Origin: a virus
Taxonomy: Duplodnaviria; Caudoviricetes
Virus record (IMG/VR): IMGVR_UViG_3300009181_000155
Location: 1 to 39,565 of that record
Reading direction: 5' to 3' (one strand)
Length of the DNA stretch: 39,565 bases
The notes under the pieces are model-generated. The model saw only the letters and a list, made by a program, of their open reading frames with translations. It was not told the DNA's origin and did not search any database. Position numbers and translations under genes: made by a program. Below, in pieces: positions 1 through 7,753 of this stretch; position 1 is the first letter of the stretch, and every line of letters begins with the position of its first letter.

Positions 1-4
1 AATC

Positions 5-916
5 ATGGCTATTTCACGCGCACAACTACTTAAAGAACTCCTGCCTGGACTGAACGCACTGTTTGGTCTGGAGTATGCTCGTTACGGCGAAGAGCATAAG
101 GAAATCTACGACACCGAGACTTCAGAGCGCAGCTTTGAAGAGGAAACCAAACTGTCTGGCTTCTCTGCCGCTCCGGTAAAGAACGAAGGCTCTGCCATTG
201 CTTATGACAATGGTCAGGAAGCTTGGACTGCTCGATACAACCACGAAACCATTGCCCTGGGTTTCTCCATCACCGAAGAAGCGATGGAAGATAACTTGTA
301 TGACAGCCTGTCGGCTCGTTATACAAAGGCTTTGGCTCGCGGTATGGCATACACCAAGCAGGTTAAAGCTGCTGCGGTCATCAACAACGGTTTCAGCGCC
401 GGTGTTACTTATGGTGACGGTGTGTCTTTGTTCTCGACGGCTCACCCGCTTGTCTCCGGTGGCACTAACAGCAATCGTCCTGCAATTGCTGCTGACCTGA
501 ACGAAACTTCATTGGAAAGCGCAGTAATTCAAATTGCAGCGTGGACAGATGAGCGTTCGTTGCTGATCGCCGCTAAGCCCAAGAAGCTGATCATTCCTCC
601 GGCTCTGATGTTCGTTGCTACTCGTCTGTTGGAAACGTCGTTGCGTGTTGGCACGACTGACAACGATATCAACGCCATCAAGAACAATGGTTCGATTCCG
701 GAGGGCTACACGGTCAATCACTTCTTGACCGACACCAACGGCTGGTATCTGACCACCGACGTTCCTAACGGCCTGAAGCACTTTGTGCGGACTCCGTTGA
801 GCACGTCGATGGACGGTGACTTTGACACGGGCAATACCCGCTACAAGGCCCGTGAGCGTTATAGCTTCGGTGTTAGCGATCCGCTGGGTATCTTTGGTTC
901 GCCCGGTTCGTCCTGA
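5..916 (+). CDS. Major capsid protein (Mu gpT-like, HK97 fold)
   Basis: 303-aa ORF; N-terminus MAISRAQLLKELLPGLNALFGLEY and C-terminal DFDTGNxRYKARERYSFGxSDP are typical of Mu gpT-like capsid proteins of environmental phages; followed by a strong terminator. Confidence 0.9.
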   Translation: MAISRAQLLKELLPGLNALFGLEYARYGEEHKEIYDTETSERSFEEETKLSGFSAAPVKNEGSAIAYDNGQEAWTARYNHETIALGFSITEEAMEDNLYDSLSARYTKALARGMAYTKQVKAAAVINNGFSAGVTYGDGVSLFSTAHPLVSGGTNSNRPAIAADLNETSLESAVIQIAAWTDERSLLIAAKPKKLIIPPALMFVATRLLETSLRVGTTDNDINAIKNNGSIPEGYTVNHFLTDTNGWYLTTDVPNGLKHFVRTPLSTSMDGDFDTGNTRYKARERYSFGVSDPLGIFGSPGSS

Positions 917-930
917 TCGAACTGCAAGAC

Positions 931-955
931 AAAGCCCACTTCGGTGGGTTTTTTT
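931..955 (+). terminator. Rho-independent terminator after the capsid gene
   Basis: AAAGCCCAC-TTCG-GTGGGTTTT hairpin with a C(UUCG)G tetraloop running into a T7 tract, 14 nt after the stop. Confidence 0.9.
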
Positions 956-968
956 ACGTCTATACTTG

Positions 969-997
969 TTGCGTTTAAAAAGTATATATGCTATAAA
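969..997 (+). promoter_or_regulatory. Putative sigma70-type promoter
   Basis: TTGCGT (969-974), 17-nt spacer, TATAAA (992-997), extended -10 TG at 989-990; start would fall near 1003-1005, the 5' end of the structured element. Confidence 0.55.
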
Positions 998-1002
998 CAG
1001 TT

Positions 1003-1075
1003 ACCGGATCACCGGTACATCAAACCGCTCCGGTCGGGCGACATGCAGATTGATGTACTTAACTCGCATGTGAGG
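1003..1075 (+). ncRNA. Structured double-pseudoknot RNA, candidate Mu-gpT-DE motif
   Basis: Pairings: 1014-1023/1050-1059 (10 bp), 1025-1027/1035-1037, 1003-1008/1029-1034 (ACCGGA/TCCGGT), 1041-1046/1066-1071 (ACATGC/GCATGT); directly downstream of a Mu gpT-like gene. Confidence 0.65.
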
Positions 1076-1083
1076 AAAATTAA

Positions 1084-1566
1084 ATGGCTGTAGCTACCCA
1101 CCTTGGCCCCTGGCTGCTCGGTACTGTCAAAGACACGACCGGCACGACCGCAGGCACTCTCCGCAACGTCGGCACCACCGTTAGCACGCAGTCCAAAGCT
1201 GTTCTGTACACGGACATCACCGCCGGAACCTACGCATTTACGATTCCTGCCGGGTCAATGATCATGCAGGCGTTGTTTAATACCACCGTCGCCTACGCGA
1301 CAACTACCCCGACGTATGCGTTGTTCGTTAATGGCACGGCTATTAACACCGCAGCTAACGGCAGTGTGTTCACAAACACCGGCACGGTTTCTCTTCTGTT
1401 GGGCAACAACAGTGCTGCTGCGGCTGTTCTGTGCAACAACGTCGGAACCACGGATGCGGTCATTACTTTCACGCAAGCTAACGTCACCGCCACTTCAGGT
1501 GCTGGTACGCTGATTCTTGTTTACACGGTGCGTAACGCTGACGGTACTTACGGCGCTGCTAGCTAA
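1084..1566 (+). CDS. Putative capsid decoration / minor head protein
   Basis: 160 aa, Thr/Ala/Gly-rich beta-type composition, SD GAGG at 1072-1075, first gene after the capsid gene. Confidence 0.6.
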   Translation: MAVATHLGPWLLGTVKDTTGTTAGTLRNVGTTVSTQSKAVLYTDITAGTYAFTIPAGSMIMQALFNTTVAYATTTPTYALFVNGTAINTAANGSVFTNTGTVSLLLGNNSAAAAVLCNNVGTTDAVITFTQANVTATSGAGTLILVYTVRNADGTYGAAS

Positions 1567-1578
1567 TTGGAGTAGATC

Positions 1579-1836
1579 ATGGGTAAACAGACTAACTACA
1601 GTCCTACGTTCCCCATGTTCCCTGCGGGAGCGGCACTGGTTACCACTAGCGACACGGTAAACCTACCCAACCCCTCAGTGATCTATGTTGGTGGTGCGGG
1701 TGCTGTTCAAGTGACCACCACAAATGGAGATACCGTACTTTTCAGTGGTTTGACTGCTGGAAGCGTTATCCCTGTGCAGGTTATTCGTGTGTGGACAACA
1801 GGTCTTACAGCATCACTGCTGATTAGGATTTACTAA
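1579..1836 (+). CDS. Head spike base protein (RcGTA Rcc01079-like)
   Basis: 85 aa with SDTVNL..IYVGGAGAVQV..GDTVLF..AGSVIPVQVIRVWTTG pattern as recalled for this family; SD GGAG. Confidence 0.7.
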   Translation: MGKQTNYSPTFPMFPAGAALVTTSDTVNLPNPSVIYVGGAGAVQVTTTNGDTVLFSGLTAGSVIPVQVIRVWTTGLTASLLIRIY

Positions 1837-2742
1837 GTGGCATTCGGGTATAACTTTGGTCTTCCCTCTTATGGCTGGAGAGCCGGGGGTGCCCCTACTG
1901 GTTCAATACAAGCTATATTTGGGTATGGTTCTCCCAATACTGCAATAACCAATCTTGTGTCCAATACAGGTGTAGTGTCTACGGACACTACTGGCGTAGG
2001 AACTGCTAGAAATAGTTTAGCTGCCGCTGGGTATGGGACTGATAAAGCTATATTTGGATATGGTGACACTGGCTCTAATGTTTCTATAACTAATAAAGTG
2101 TCCAATACGGGCGTGGTAGCTACGGACACTACTGGAGTTGGAACTCCTCGGTATTCTTTAGCTGCTGCTGGTTATGGAACTGATAAAGCTATATTTGGGT
2201 ATGGTTTTGACGACAGTAGTTATACTTCAGTAACTAATAAAGTGTCCAATACAGGTGTAGTGGCTACGGATACCGCAGGTGTTGGAACTGCTAGGTCTTA
2301 TTTAGCTGCCGCTGGTTATGGAACCGATAAGGCTATATTTGGGTATGGTTCTGGTGCGATAACCAATCTTGTGTCCAATACAGGTGTAGTGTCTACGGAC
2401 ACTACTGGCGTAGGAACTGCTAGAAATAGTTTAGCTGCCGCTGGTTATGGAACCGATAAGGCTGTATTTGGGTATGGTGTTACCAGCGTTAATGTTTCTA
2501 TAACTAATAAAGTATCCAATACGGGCGTAGTAGCTACAGATACTACTGGAGTTGGAACTGCTAGGAGCGTTTTAGCTGCCGCTGGTTATGGTGCTGGGCA
2601 AGCAATATTCGGTTATGGGTATGGTGGTGCCACTTTTGTTTCTATGACTAATAAAGTATCCAATACGGGCGTAGTAGCTACAGATACTACTGGAGTTGGA
2701 ACTGCTAGGTCTAGTTTAGCTGCCTCTAGTTTTGGATCGTAA
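1837..2742 (+). CDS. Putative head fibre / receptor-binding protein with six kelch-like beta-propeller repeats
   Basis: GTG start abutting the spike-base stop; N-terminal MAFGYNFGL peptide then six 43-48-aa repeats AIFGYG..TNKVSNTGVVATDTTGVGTAR..LAAAGYG. Confidence 0.65.
   Translation: MAFGYNFGLPSYGWRAGGAPTGSIQAIFGYGSPNTAITNLVSNTGVVSTDTTGVGTARNSLAAAGYGTDKAIFGYGDTGSNVSITNKVSNTGVVATDTTGVGTPRYSLAAAGYGTDKAIFGYGFDDSSYTSVTNKVSNTGVVATDTAGVGTARSYLAAAGYGTDKAIFGYGSGAITNLVSNTGVVSTDTTGVGTARNSLAAAGYGTDKAVFGYGVTSVNVSITNKVSNTGVVATDTTGVGTARSVLAAAGYGAGQAIFGYGYGGATFVSMTNKVSNTGVVATDTTGVGTARSSLAASSFGS
1909..2733 (+). repeat. Six tandem 129-144-nt coding repeats
   Basis: AIFGYG-type codons at 1912, 2047, 2188, 2332, 2461, 2602; 86-nt exact identity 1945-2030 = 2359-2444; 63-nt identity 2503-2565 = 2647-2709. 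Confidence 0.95.
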
Positions 2743-2745
2743 ATC

Positions 2746-3333
2746 ATGGCCGTTAAACTAAACTCAGAATTTAACTACCGATATCAAGTTATCGGAGAGA
2801 CTCCTTGGGAGAAGATCAAGACTCTCAAGGGTTTCTTGGAAGGACGGATACGTGCCGCTGCGTTGGAGAAGGTAGCTGATCTCAAGCATCAAGCCCTGGT
2901 TCTGGAGGTTGAACACCTCATCCGTATTGATGCTTTGCCTCATATAATCTTAACCAAGCAAGCTGAACTGCTAGAGCTTGAGTCCCATCTCCCTATCCAA
3001 GCAGAAGCGTTTGAGTTAAATCGGGAAGAAATTGAGATGCTCAAGCGGCTCTTGGCTGAGTTGTACGAGATTGCAGAACGCATCCCCGGTTACACCGATG
3101 AGCAGATGTTTGAAGCTAACGCAGCAAATGAGTTTACTGTCACTATTGGCAGAGACATCCAAGCTGAGATCATTGCAAACGGTCGGCCATCTCCCGCCAA
3201 GCTGCGTAATGCCATGAGTAACCCACACACTTTTGCTGCTTTGCAACAATGCGGGTTTATTCCGGCAGAGGCGGTGTTGCTTGTAGGTAGCAATAACCCC
3301 CTTCAAATCGAGTTGAAGCCAAATGTCTCTTGA
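2746..3333 (+). CDS. Hypothetical alpha-helical protein, partner of the propeller gene
   Basis: 195-aa ORF, Glu/Leu-rich coiled-coil-like middle, starts 3 nt after the upstream stop. Confidence 0.8.
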   Translation: MAVKLNSEFNYRYQVIGETPWEKIKTLKGFLEGRIRAAALEKVADLKHQALVLEVEHLIRIDALPHIILTKQAELLELESHLPIQAEAFELNREEIEMLKRLLAELYEIAERIPGYTDEQMFEANAANEFTVTIGRDIQAEIIANGRPSPAKLRNAMSNPHTFAALQQCGFIPAEAVLLVGSNNPLQIELKPNVS

Positions 3334-3571
3334 GTCCATCGTAGCTTTCGTCGGCGCGGCCCTCCTTCCTGTACTGGGGTACTTCTTGAAAACTGTCATC
3401 GAAGATGTCAAAGAGCTACGGCATGATCTAGCAGAATTCAAGGCCGATGTCCCAAAGGTGTATACTCCCAAAACAGAGTTTGACCGGGACTTTAATCGGA
3501 TCATGGAGCGCTTTGATCGCTTAGACCAGAAGCTTGACAGTGTTATCAATACTCGACGCAAGGAAGACTGA
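3323..3571 (+). CDS. Small membrane protein (N-terminal TM plus coiled coil), possibly holin-like
   Basis: Hydrophobic IVAFVGAALLPVLGYFL followed by a charged heptad region. Confidence 0.65.
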   Translation: MSLESIVAFVGAALLPVLGYFLKTVIEDVKELRHDLAEFKADVPKVYTPKTEFDRDFNRIMERFDRLDQKLDSVINTRRKED

Positions 3572-3572
3572 C

Positions 3573-4067
3573 ATGCCTTCAACCAGCAAAAAACAGCATA
3601 ACTTCATGGAAGCTATTGCTCATTCTCCCGCCTTTGCTAGGAAGGTTGGTGTTCCTCAATCTGTAGGCCGGGAGTTTAGCATTGCTGACAAAGGCCGTAA
3701 ATTTGCTAAAGGTGGTGATATGGCTACTAAAGGTATGAATATGGGCGGCATGGCTAAAGGCGGCATGTCCATGAAAATGGGTAGTACCCGGAAAATGGCC
3801 GAGGGCGGCATGATGGATAAAGCCCAAGACAAAGCCATGATTAAAAAAGCATTTAAACAGCACGATATGCAAGAGCATATGGGCGGTAAGGGCACTACCT
3901 TAAAGCTAGCCAAAGGCGGTATGCACACCATGCCTAATGGAAAAATGATGAAGAATTCAGCCATGAAAATGGCGTCGGGTGGTTTCACCAAAGAAGCCGA
4001 TGGGATTGCTCGTCAAGGTAAGACACAAGCAACGCAGATTAAAATGAAGCGCGGCGGCGGCTGCTAA
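3573..4067 (+). CDS. Basic Met/Lys/Gly-rich putative internal head protein with xAxGG repeats
   Basis: Start corrected to ATG 3573 (SD AAGGA); FAKGG, MAKGG, MAEGG, LAKGG, MASGG, MKRGG; possible internal start at 3720. Confidence 0.75.
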   Translation: MPSTSKKQHNFMEAIAHSPAFARKVGVPQSVGREFSIADKGRKFAKGGDMATKGMNMGGMAKGGMSMKMGSTRKMAEGGMMDKAQDKAMIKKAFKQHDMQEHMGGKGTTLKLAKGGMHTMPNGKMMKNSAMKMASGGFTKEADGIARQGKTQATQIKMKRGGGC

Positions 4068-4075
4068 GGACTATC

Positions 4076-5437
4076 ATGGCAAAACCTGTAAATGCAATGA
4101 CGGGGGATGCCCCGGACGGTCAAAATCCGGATAAGAAGTATGTCCCCAAAGCTGCGGAAATGAGGTTTAAATACGCGCCTCCACCGCCTCCTAAGCCAAA
4201 TCCAAAGGATGAGGGCATCTTTACAGAAGAGATGTTACGTCGGTCTGGTGGCAAGATGAAAGAACCGCCATATGACCCGGAAGGGAAGAAGCGTGGTGGC
4301 TCTATCAAGAAACGTCGCTTTGATGAAGGCGGTGAAGTAGAAGATAAAGCCGCTGGCCTTAAAGCCTCAAAGGGTGAAGATGTAGGCTTCTTTAAACGCT
4401 TGATGATGGGCAACATTGATCAGCCCGGATCTGAGGCGTATGAAAAGTTTGGCGCTGGTCGAGGCAAAGCCGCTAGGGAAGCCGAGGTTGAAACGGCTCG
4501 AGAAAGCGGGCGAACTGCTGAGCGATATAAACCTGCTGCCGTTGAGTCTGAAAAGCCTGTAGCGCCTGTAGCAAGCAAACCAGACAAGTATTCGGATTTT
4601 GGAGACAACGGTGACGTAGGTACTATTGAGTACAGTCCTGTCAATAAACCCACTGTTAAGCCAACTGTTCGACCGACTATCTCCTCGTCGGATAGGCCAA
4701 TGCCTCCCGTTAGCGCGGGAAACCCTCGTGATGCCGAAAAAGGCATGAGCCGTGGAAGGCGAGACACCGATACGCGGAACGCAGAACAAGGCATGAGTCG
4801 CGGCATGAGGGGTGAAGGCCCGCCATCTGCTTCTCGGGATTACAAAGCTGAAGAAAAGCAACGACAAGACGCAGAAGCGGATTACAAACGGATCACTAAG
4901 CCTGGAAGAGATGCTATTGAGGGCGTCTATCCTGAAGAGTTGTTGATTCCCGGTGGCAAAGCAGCCAAGTATGGTTTAAATGCATTAAAAGGTGCAGCCA
5001 AACCTGTTGGTTCCACCAGTCGCGCTCTTGCTGAATATGAGACGCCAATTACCTTTCTAGGGAAGGGCGCACAAAAGAACGTCACTCCAATGGAGCGACT
5101 GGCTACTGATCGAGCCAAGCGTTTGACCTATGACGAAGCGCAAGGCATAGCATCTAATGCTACACCTCGCGTTGGCGGGCCTAAAGCTCAAGCCGAGAGA
5201 GAAGTTGCAGAGACTATTGCAAGGCTGAAGCAGTCTAAGTCTGGCGGGTCTTCCGGTGCCCCTGTGCGGCAGCGGTCTCCAAAAGACATGACAAGCTTTA
5301 AATCAGCAGATGAGTTAGGGATTGATTTTAAACGTGGAGGCAACATTAAGCGTTATGCCTCTGGTGGTTCAGTATCAGCGTCTAGCCGTGGTGACGGATG
5401 CGCTCAACGTGGCAAAACTCGTGGAACAATGAGGTAA
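4076..5437 (+). CDS. Low-complexity putative internal virion protein
   Basis: 453 aa, disordered composition; KKRGG/FDEGG and FKRGG/YASGG pairs; C-terminal SSRGDGCAQRGKTRGTMR. Confidence 0.8.
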   Translation: MAKPVNAMTGDAPDGQNPDKKYVPKAAEMRFKYAPPPPPKPNPKDEGIFTEEMLRRSGGKMKEPPYDPEGKKRGGSIKKRRFDEGGEVEDKAAGLKASKGEDVGFFKRLMMGNIDQPGSEAYEKFGAGRGKAAREAEVETARESGRTAERYKPAAVESEKPVAPVASKPDKYSDFGDNGDVGTIEYSPVNKPTVKPTVRPTISSSDRPMPPVSAGNPRDAEKGMSRGRRDTDTRNAEQGMSRGMRGEGPPSASRDYKAEEKQRQDAEADYKRITKPGRDAIEGVYPEELLIPGGKAAKYGLNALKGAAKPVGSTSRALAEYETPITFLGKGAQKNVTPMERLATDRAKRLTYDEAQGIASNATPRVGGPKAQAEREVAETIARLKQSKSGGSSGAPVRQRSPKDMTSFKSADELGIDFKRGGNIKRYASGGSVSASSRGDGCAQRGKTRGTMR

Positions 5438-6530
5438 TCATGGCTAAGATGAGACGTTTTGACAATGGTGGTGGAGTCGGGCTTGATTTTGGCCCATCTC
5501 CGTCATATCAAACCCCGGCAGATCATTTCACCAATCTTCCGTCTGGAAGCCCGCAGCAGTTCAATGCTATGCGTAGTGCAATTGGCTTGTCGCCTATGGA
5601 GGATTCCAACGACAATGATGCCAATATACAAAAAGCAAAAGCTATGATGGGTTCTATTGTTGGTTTAACACCCAACGATAACAACTACTCATTGCAAGAT
5701 GCTATTTCTCAACTAAGGGGTCAGTACTCTGCTCCGGCTCAGCCAATTGTACAAGCCCCCCCGCCTCCTATAGCCTCCAGTCCGGAGCCGGACTTTATGG
5801 CCGGTTTTTCTCCGTCAATGAGGGCTCGTTTTGCGGCAAATCAAGCCCGCAGCAAACCAGAGGGGCCGGATCAAGAAAGAGCTTTGATGGCTCGTTTTGA
5901 GGCAAATCAAGCGAGAGCCAATGCCAAGCGGGATTTGGGCATGAAGAGCGGTGGTGGCGTTAAGGCCAAAGGCAGTAAGGTCAAGAAGTTTGCTGAAGGT
6001 GGTGAAATTGATAACGATTTTGGAGCCATGAACGAAGGCCCAGCTGGTGATGACTCTTACACTCCAGCCCCCAAAGCAGAACCCAAGACACGCGGAGAAG
6101 CCTTCCGCGCTGCTCGTGCTGCCGGTGACAAGACGTTTGAGTTTGAGGGCAAGAAATACACCACTGAACTAGCCAAGCCAAAATCTGCCGCTAAGGAAGA
6201 AGCTCCCAAATTTGCTTCTGCTAAAAGCCCTGGCATCATGCAACGGATGCGTGACGCAGATGCGGCGATGGTGAAGTCTGCACAAGCAAAAACTAGGCAA
6301 GGTAACGCTGATCTTGGCAGTGCCAATGCAGGGCCGTCAGGAACTGGCGGCAGGCTTACCGGCGACCGCATGTCCCCGGCGTATGGTCAAGGGCGGGTAA
6401 ATCCTGACACCTTGCTTCCCATGAAAAAAGGCGGCTCTGTCAAAAAATTTGCTTCCGGTGGTTCAGTTTCTAGTCGGGCTGATGGTTGCGCTCAGCGGGG
6501 CAAGACCCGTGGAACAATGAGGTAATCATG
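5381..6530 (+). repeat. Direct repeat of a gene-end/gene-start junction (5381-5442 and 6469-6530)
   Basis: Exact 23-nt CGTGGAACAATGAGGTAATCATG at 5420-5442 and 6508-6530 within about 60 nt of mostly synonymously diverged similarity. Confidence 0.9.
5440..6525 (+). CDS. Low-complexity putative internal virion protein with the same C-terminal tag
   Basis: Start corrected to ATG 5440 (SD GAGGT); FDNGG, MKSGG, FAEGG, MKKGG, FASGG; C-terminal SSRADGCAQRGKTRGTMR. Confidence 0.8.
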   Translation: MAKMRRFDNGGGVGLDFGPSPSYQTPADHFTNLPSGSPQQFNAMRSAIGLSPMEDSNDNDANIQKAKAMMGSIVGLTPNDNNYSLQDAISQLRGQYSAPAQPIVQAPPPPIASSPEPDFMAGFSPSMRARFAANQARSKPEGPDQERALMARFEANQARANAKRDLGMKSGGGVKAKGSKVKKFAEGGEIDNDFGAMNEGPAGDDSYTPAPKAEPKTRGEAFRAARAAGDKTFEFEGKKYTTELAKPKSAAKEEAPKFASAKSPGIMQRMRDADAAMVKSAQAKTRQGNADLGSANAGPSGTGGRLTGDRMSPAYGQGRVNPDTLLPMKKGGSVKKFASGGSVSSRADGCAQRGKTRGTMR

Positions 6531-6887
6531 CGAGCTAGCCGAGGTATGGGGGATATCAATCCCGCTAAAATGCCGGGGGCCAAACAGACTCAGCGTCGGG
6601 ATAACACCGATTTTGAGATGTTTGCTGAAGGCGGCTCGGTTACTCCAGCATGGCAACGTAAAGAAGGCAAGTCTGAAAGCGGTGGTTTAAACGCTGCTGG
6701 CAGAGCTTCTTACAATAGGGCTAATCCTGGTAAGCCTGGATTGAAAGCCCCGCAGCCAGAAGGTGGCTCCCGCAAAAAGTCATTCTGTGCCCGAATGTCA
6801 GGCATGAAGAAGAAGCTGACTAGTTCAAAGACAGCTAATGACCCGGATAGCAGGATCAACAAAAGTCTTAGGAAATGGAAATGCTAA
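6528..6887 (+). CDS. DUF6321-like basic phage protein
   Basis: Start corrected to 6528; AWQRKEGK..GGLNAAGRASYN..RKKSFCARM..DPDSRINKSLRKWKC motif. Confidence 0.75.
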   Translation: MRASRGMGDINPAKMPGAKQTQRRDNTDFEMFAEGGSVTPAWQRKEGKSESGGLNAAGRASYNRANPGKPGLKAPQPEGGSRKKSFCARMSGMKKKLTSSKTANDPDSRINKSLRKWKC

Positions 6888-7073
6888 ATGGCAAAAGCTA
6901 AATCCACTGTTAATGAAGCGGGCAACTACACCAAACCTGAGTTGCGTAAAAAGATTGTGGCGAATGTGAAAGCAGCAGCTACTCAAGGTACAGGGGCTGG
7001 AGAATGGAGCGCCCGAAAGAGTCAATTAGTAGCAAAAAAGTACAAGGCCGCTGGCGGTGGCTATCGTGACTGA
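6888..7073 (+). CDS. Small basic protein resembling the N-terminal half of DUF5872-type proteins
   Basis: NYTKPELRKKI..GEWSARKSQL..YKAAGGGY motif. Confidence 0.7.
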   Translation: MAKAKSTVNEAGNYTKPELRKKIVANVKAAATQGTGAGEWSARKSQLVAKKYKAAGGGYRD

Positions 7074-7524
7074 AGCCACAAAAACTTGTACGGATTGCGG
7101 CGAGACGAAACAATTGTCCGCATTTCGTAGTCGCGGTGGGCAAATGACGCATTTGTACAAGAGCCATTGCAACACTTGTCTTTACAAAAGGCATAAAGAT
7201 TGGGCAGAGAACAATCAACATAGGGTAGCAGAGTACCGCGAAAGAGACCCATGGACTTTGGCTAAGCGATGTTCGCGTCGGGGGATTACTCCAGAACAGC
7301 TTGTGGAAAGATATGAACGGCAAGAGGGTTGTTGTGCAATCTGCAAAACTGAAGTTACGTTAATAGAAAGCGCAATTGACCATAACCATGAAACCGGAGA
7401 GTTTCGAGGGGTACTTTGCAAACAATGTAACCGGGCATTAGGGATGTTTAAAGACAGTACTACGATATTGCGTAATGCCGTAGAATACCTTAGTGCTTTT
7501 GGTAGTTACAGCAATGACTCTTAA
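7066..7524 (+). mobile_element. Free-standing homing endonuclease gene, endonuclease VII family
   Basis: N-terminal CxxC..CxxC, then QEGCCAIC..IDHNHETGEFRGVLCKQCNRALGMFKD, the Endo VII His-Me signature; GTG start at 7066 (or 7057); overlaps both neighbours. Confidence 0.85.
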
Positions 7525-7753
7525 AACACCGCAGAAATCTTTGAAGGATTGGGGAGACCAGAAATGGCAAACCAAGTCCGGTAAGCCCTCATCCGAAACG
7601 GGTGAGCGGTACTTACCAGCAAAGGCAATACAATCGCTTAGCCCTGCTGAGTATGCGGCTACGACCAAAGCAAAGCGTATGGGTAAAGCCGCAGGTAAAC
7701 AGTTTGTAGCGCAGCCCAAACGCATAGCGAAGAAAACAGCAGGGTTTAGATAA
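7514..7753 (+). CDS. Small basic protein resembling the C-terminal half of DUF5872-type proteins
   Basis: Start corrected to ATG 7514; PQKSLKDW..QKWQTKSG..GERYLP..LSPAEYAATTKAKR. Confidence 0.7.
   Translation: MTLKTPQKSLKDWGDQKWQTKSGKPSSETGERYLPAKAIQSLSPAEYAATTKAKRMGKAAGKQFVAQPKRIAKKTAGFR

Noticed and set aside
816-1073. 85-aa ORF from the track
   Set aside because: Overlaps the capsid gene end, terminator, promoter and RNA element; no SD
1834-1839. Stop-codon readthrough fusing spike base and fibre (in-frame TAA GTG)
   Set aside because: TAA is an efficient stop and similar in-frame abutments occur at 6887/6888 and 16566/16567; translational coupling is sufficient
1909-2733. Diversity-generating retroelement template/variable repeats
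   Set aside because: All copies are in-frame coding blades, differences are not adenine-specific, and no reverse transcriptase is present in the window
7066-7524. Group I intron carrying the endonuclease
   Set aside because: The ORF fills the entire interval and overlaps both neighbours, leaving no recognisable intron core
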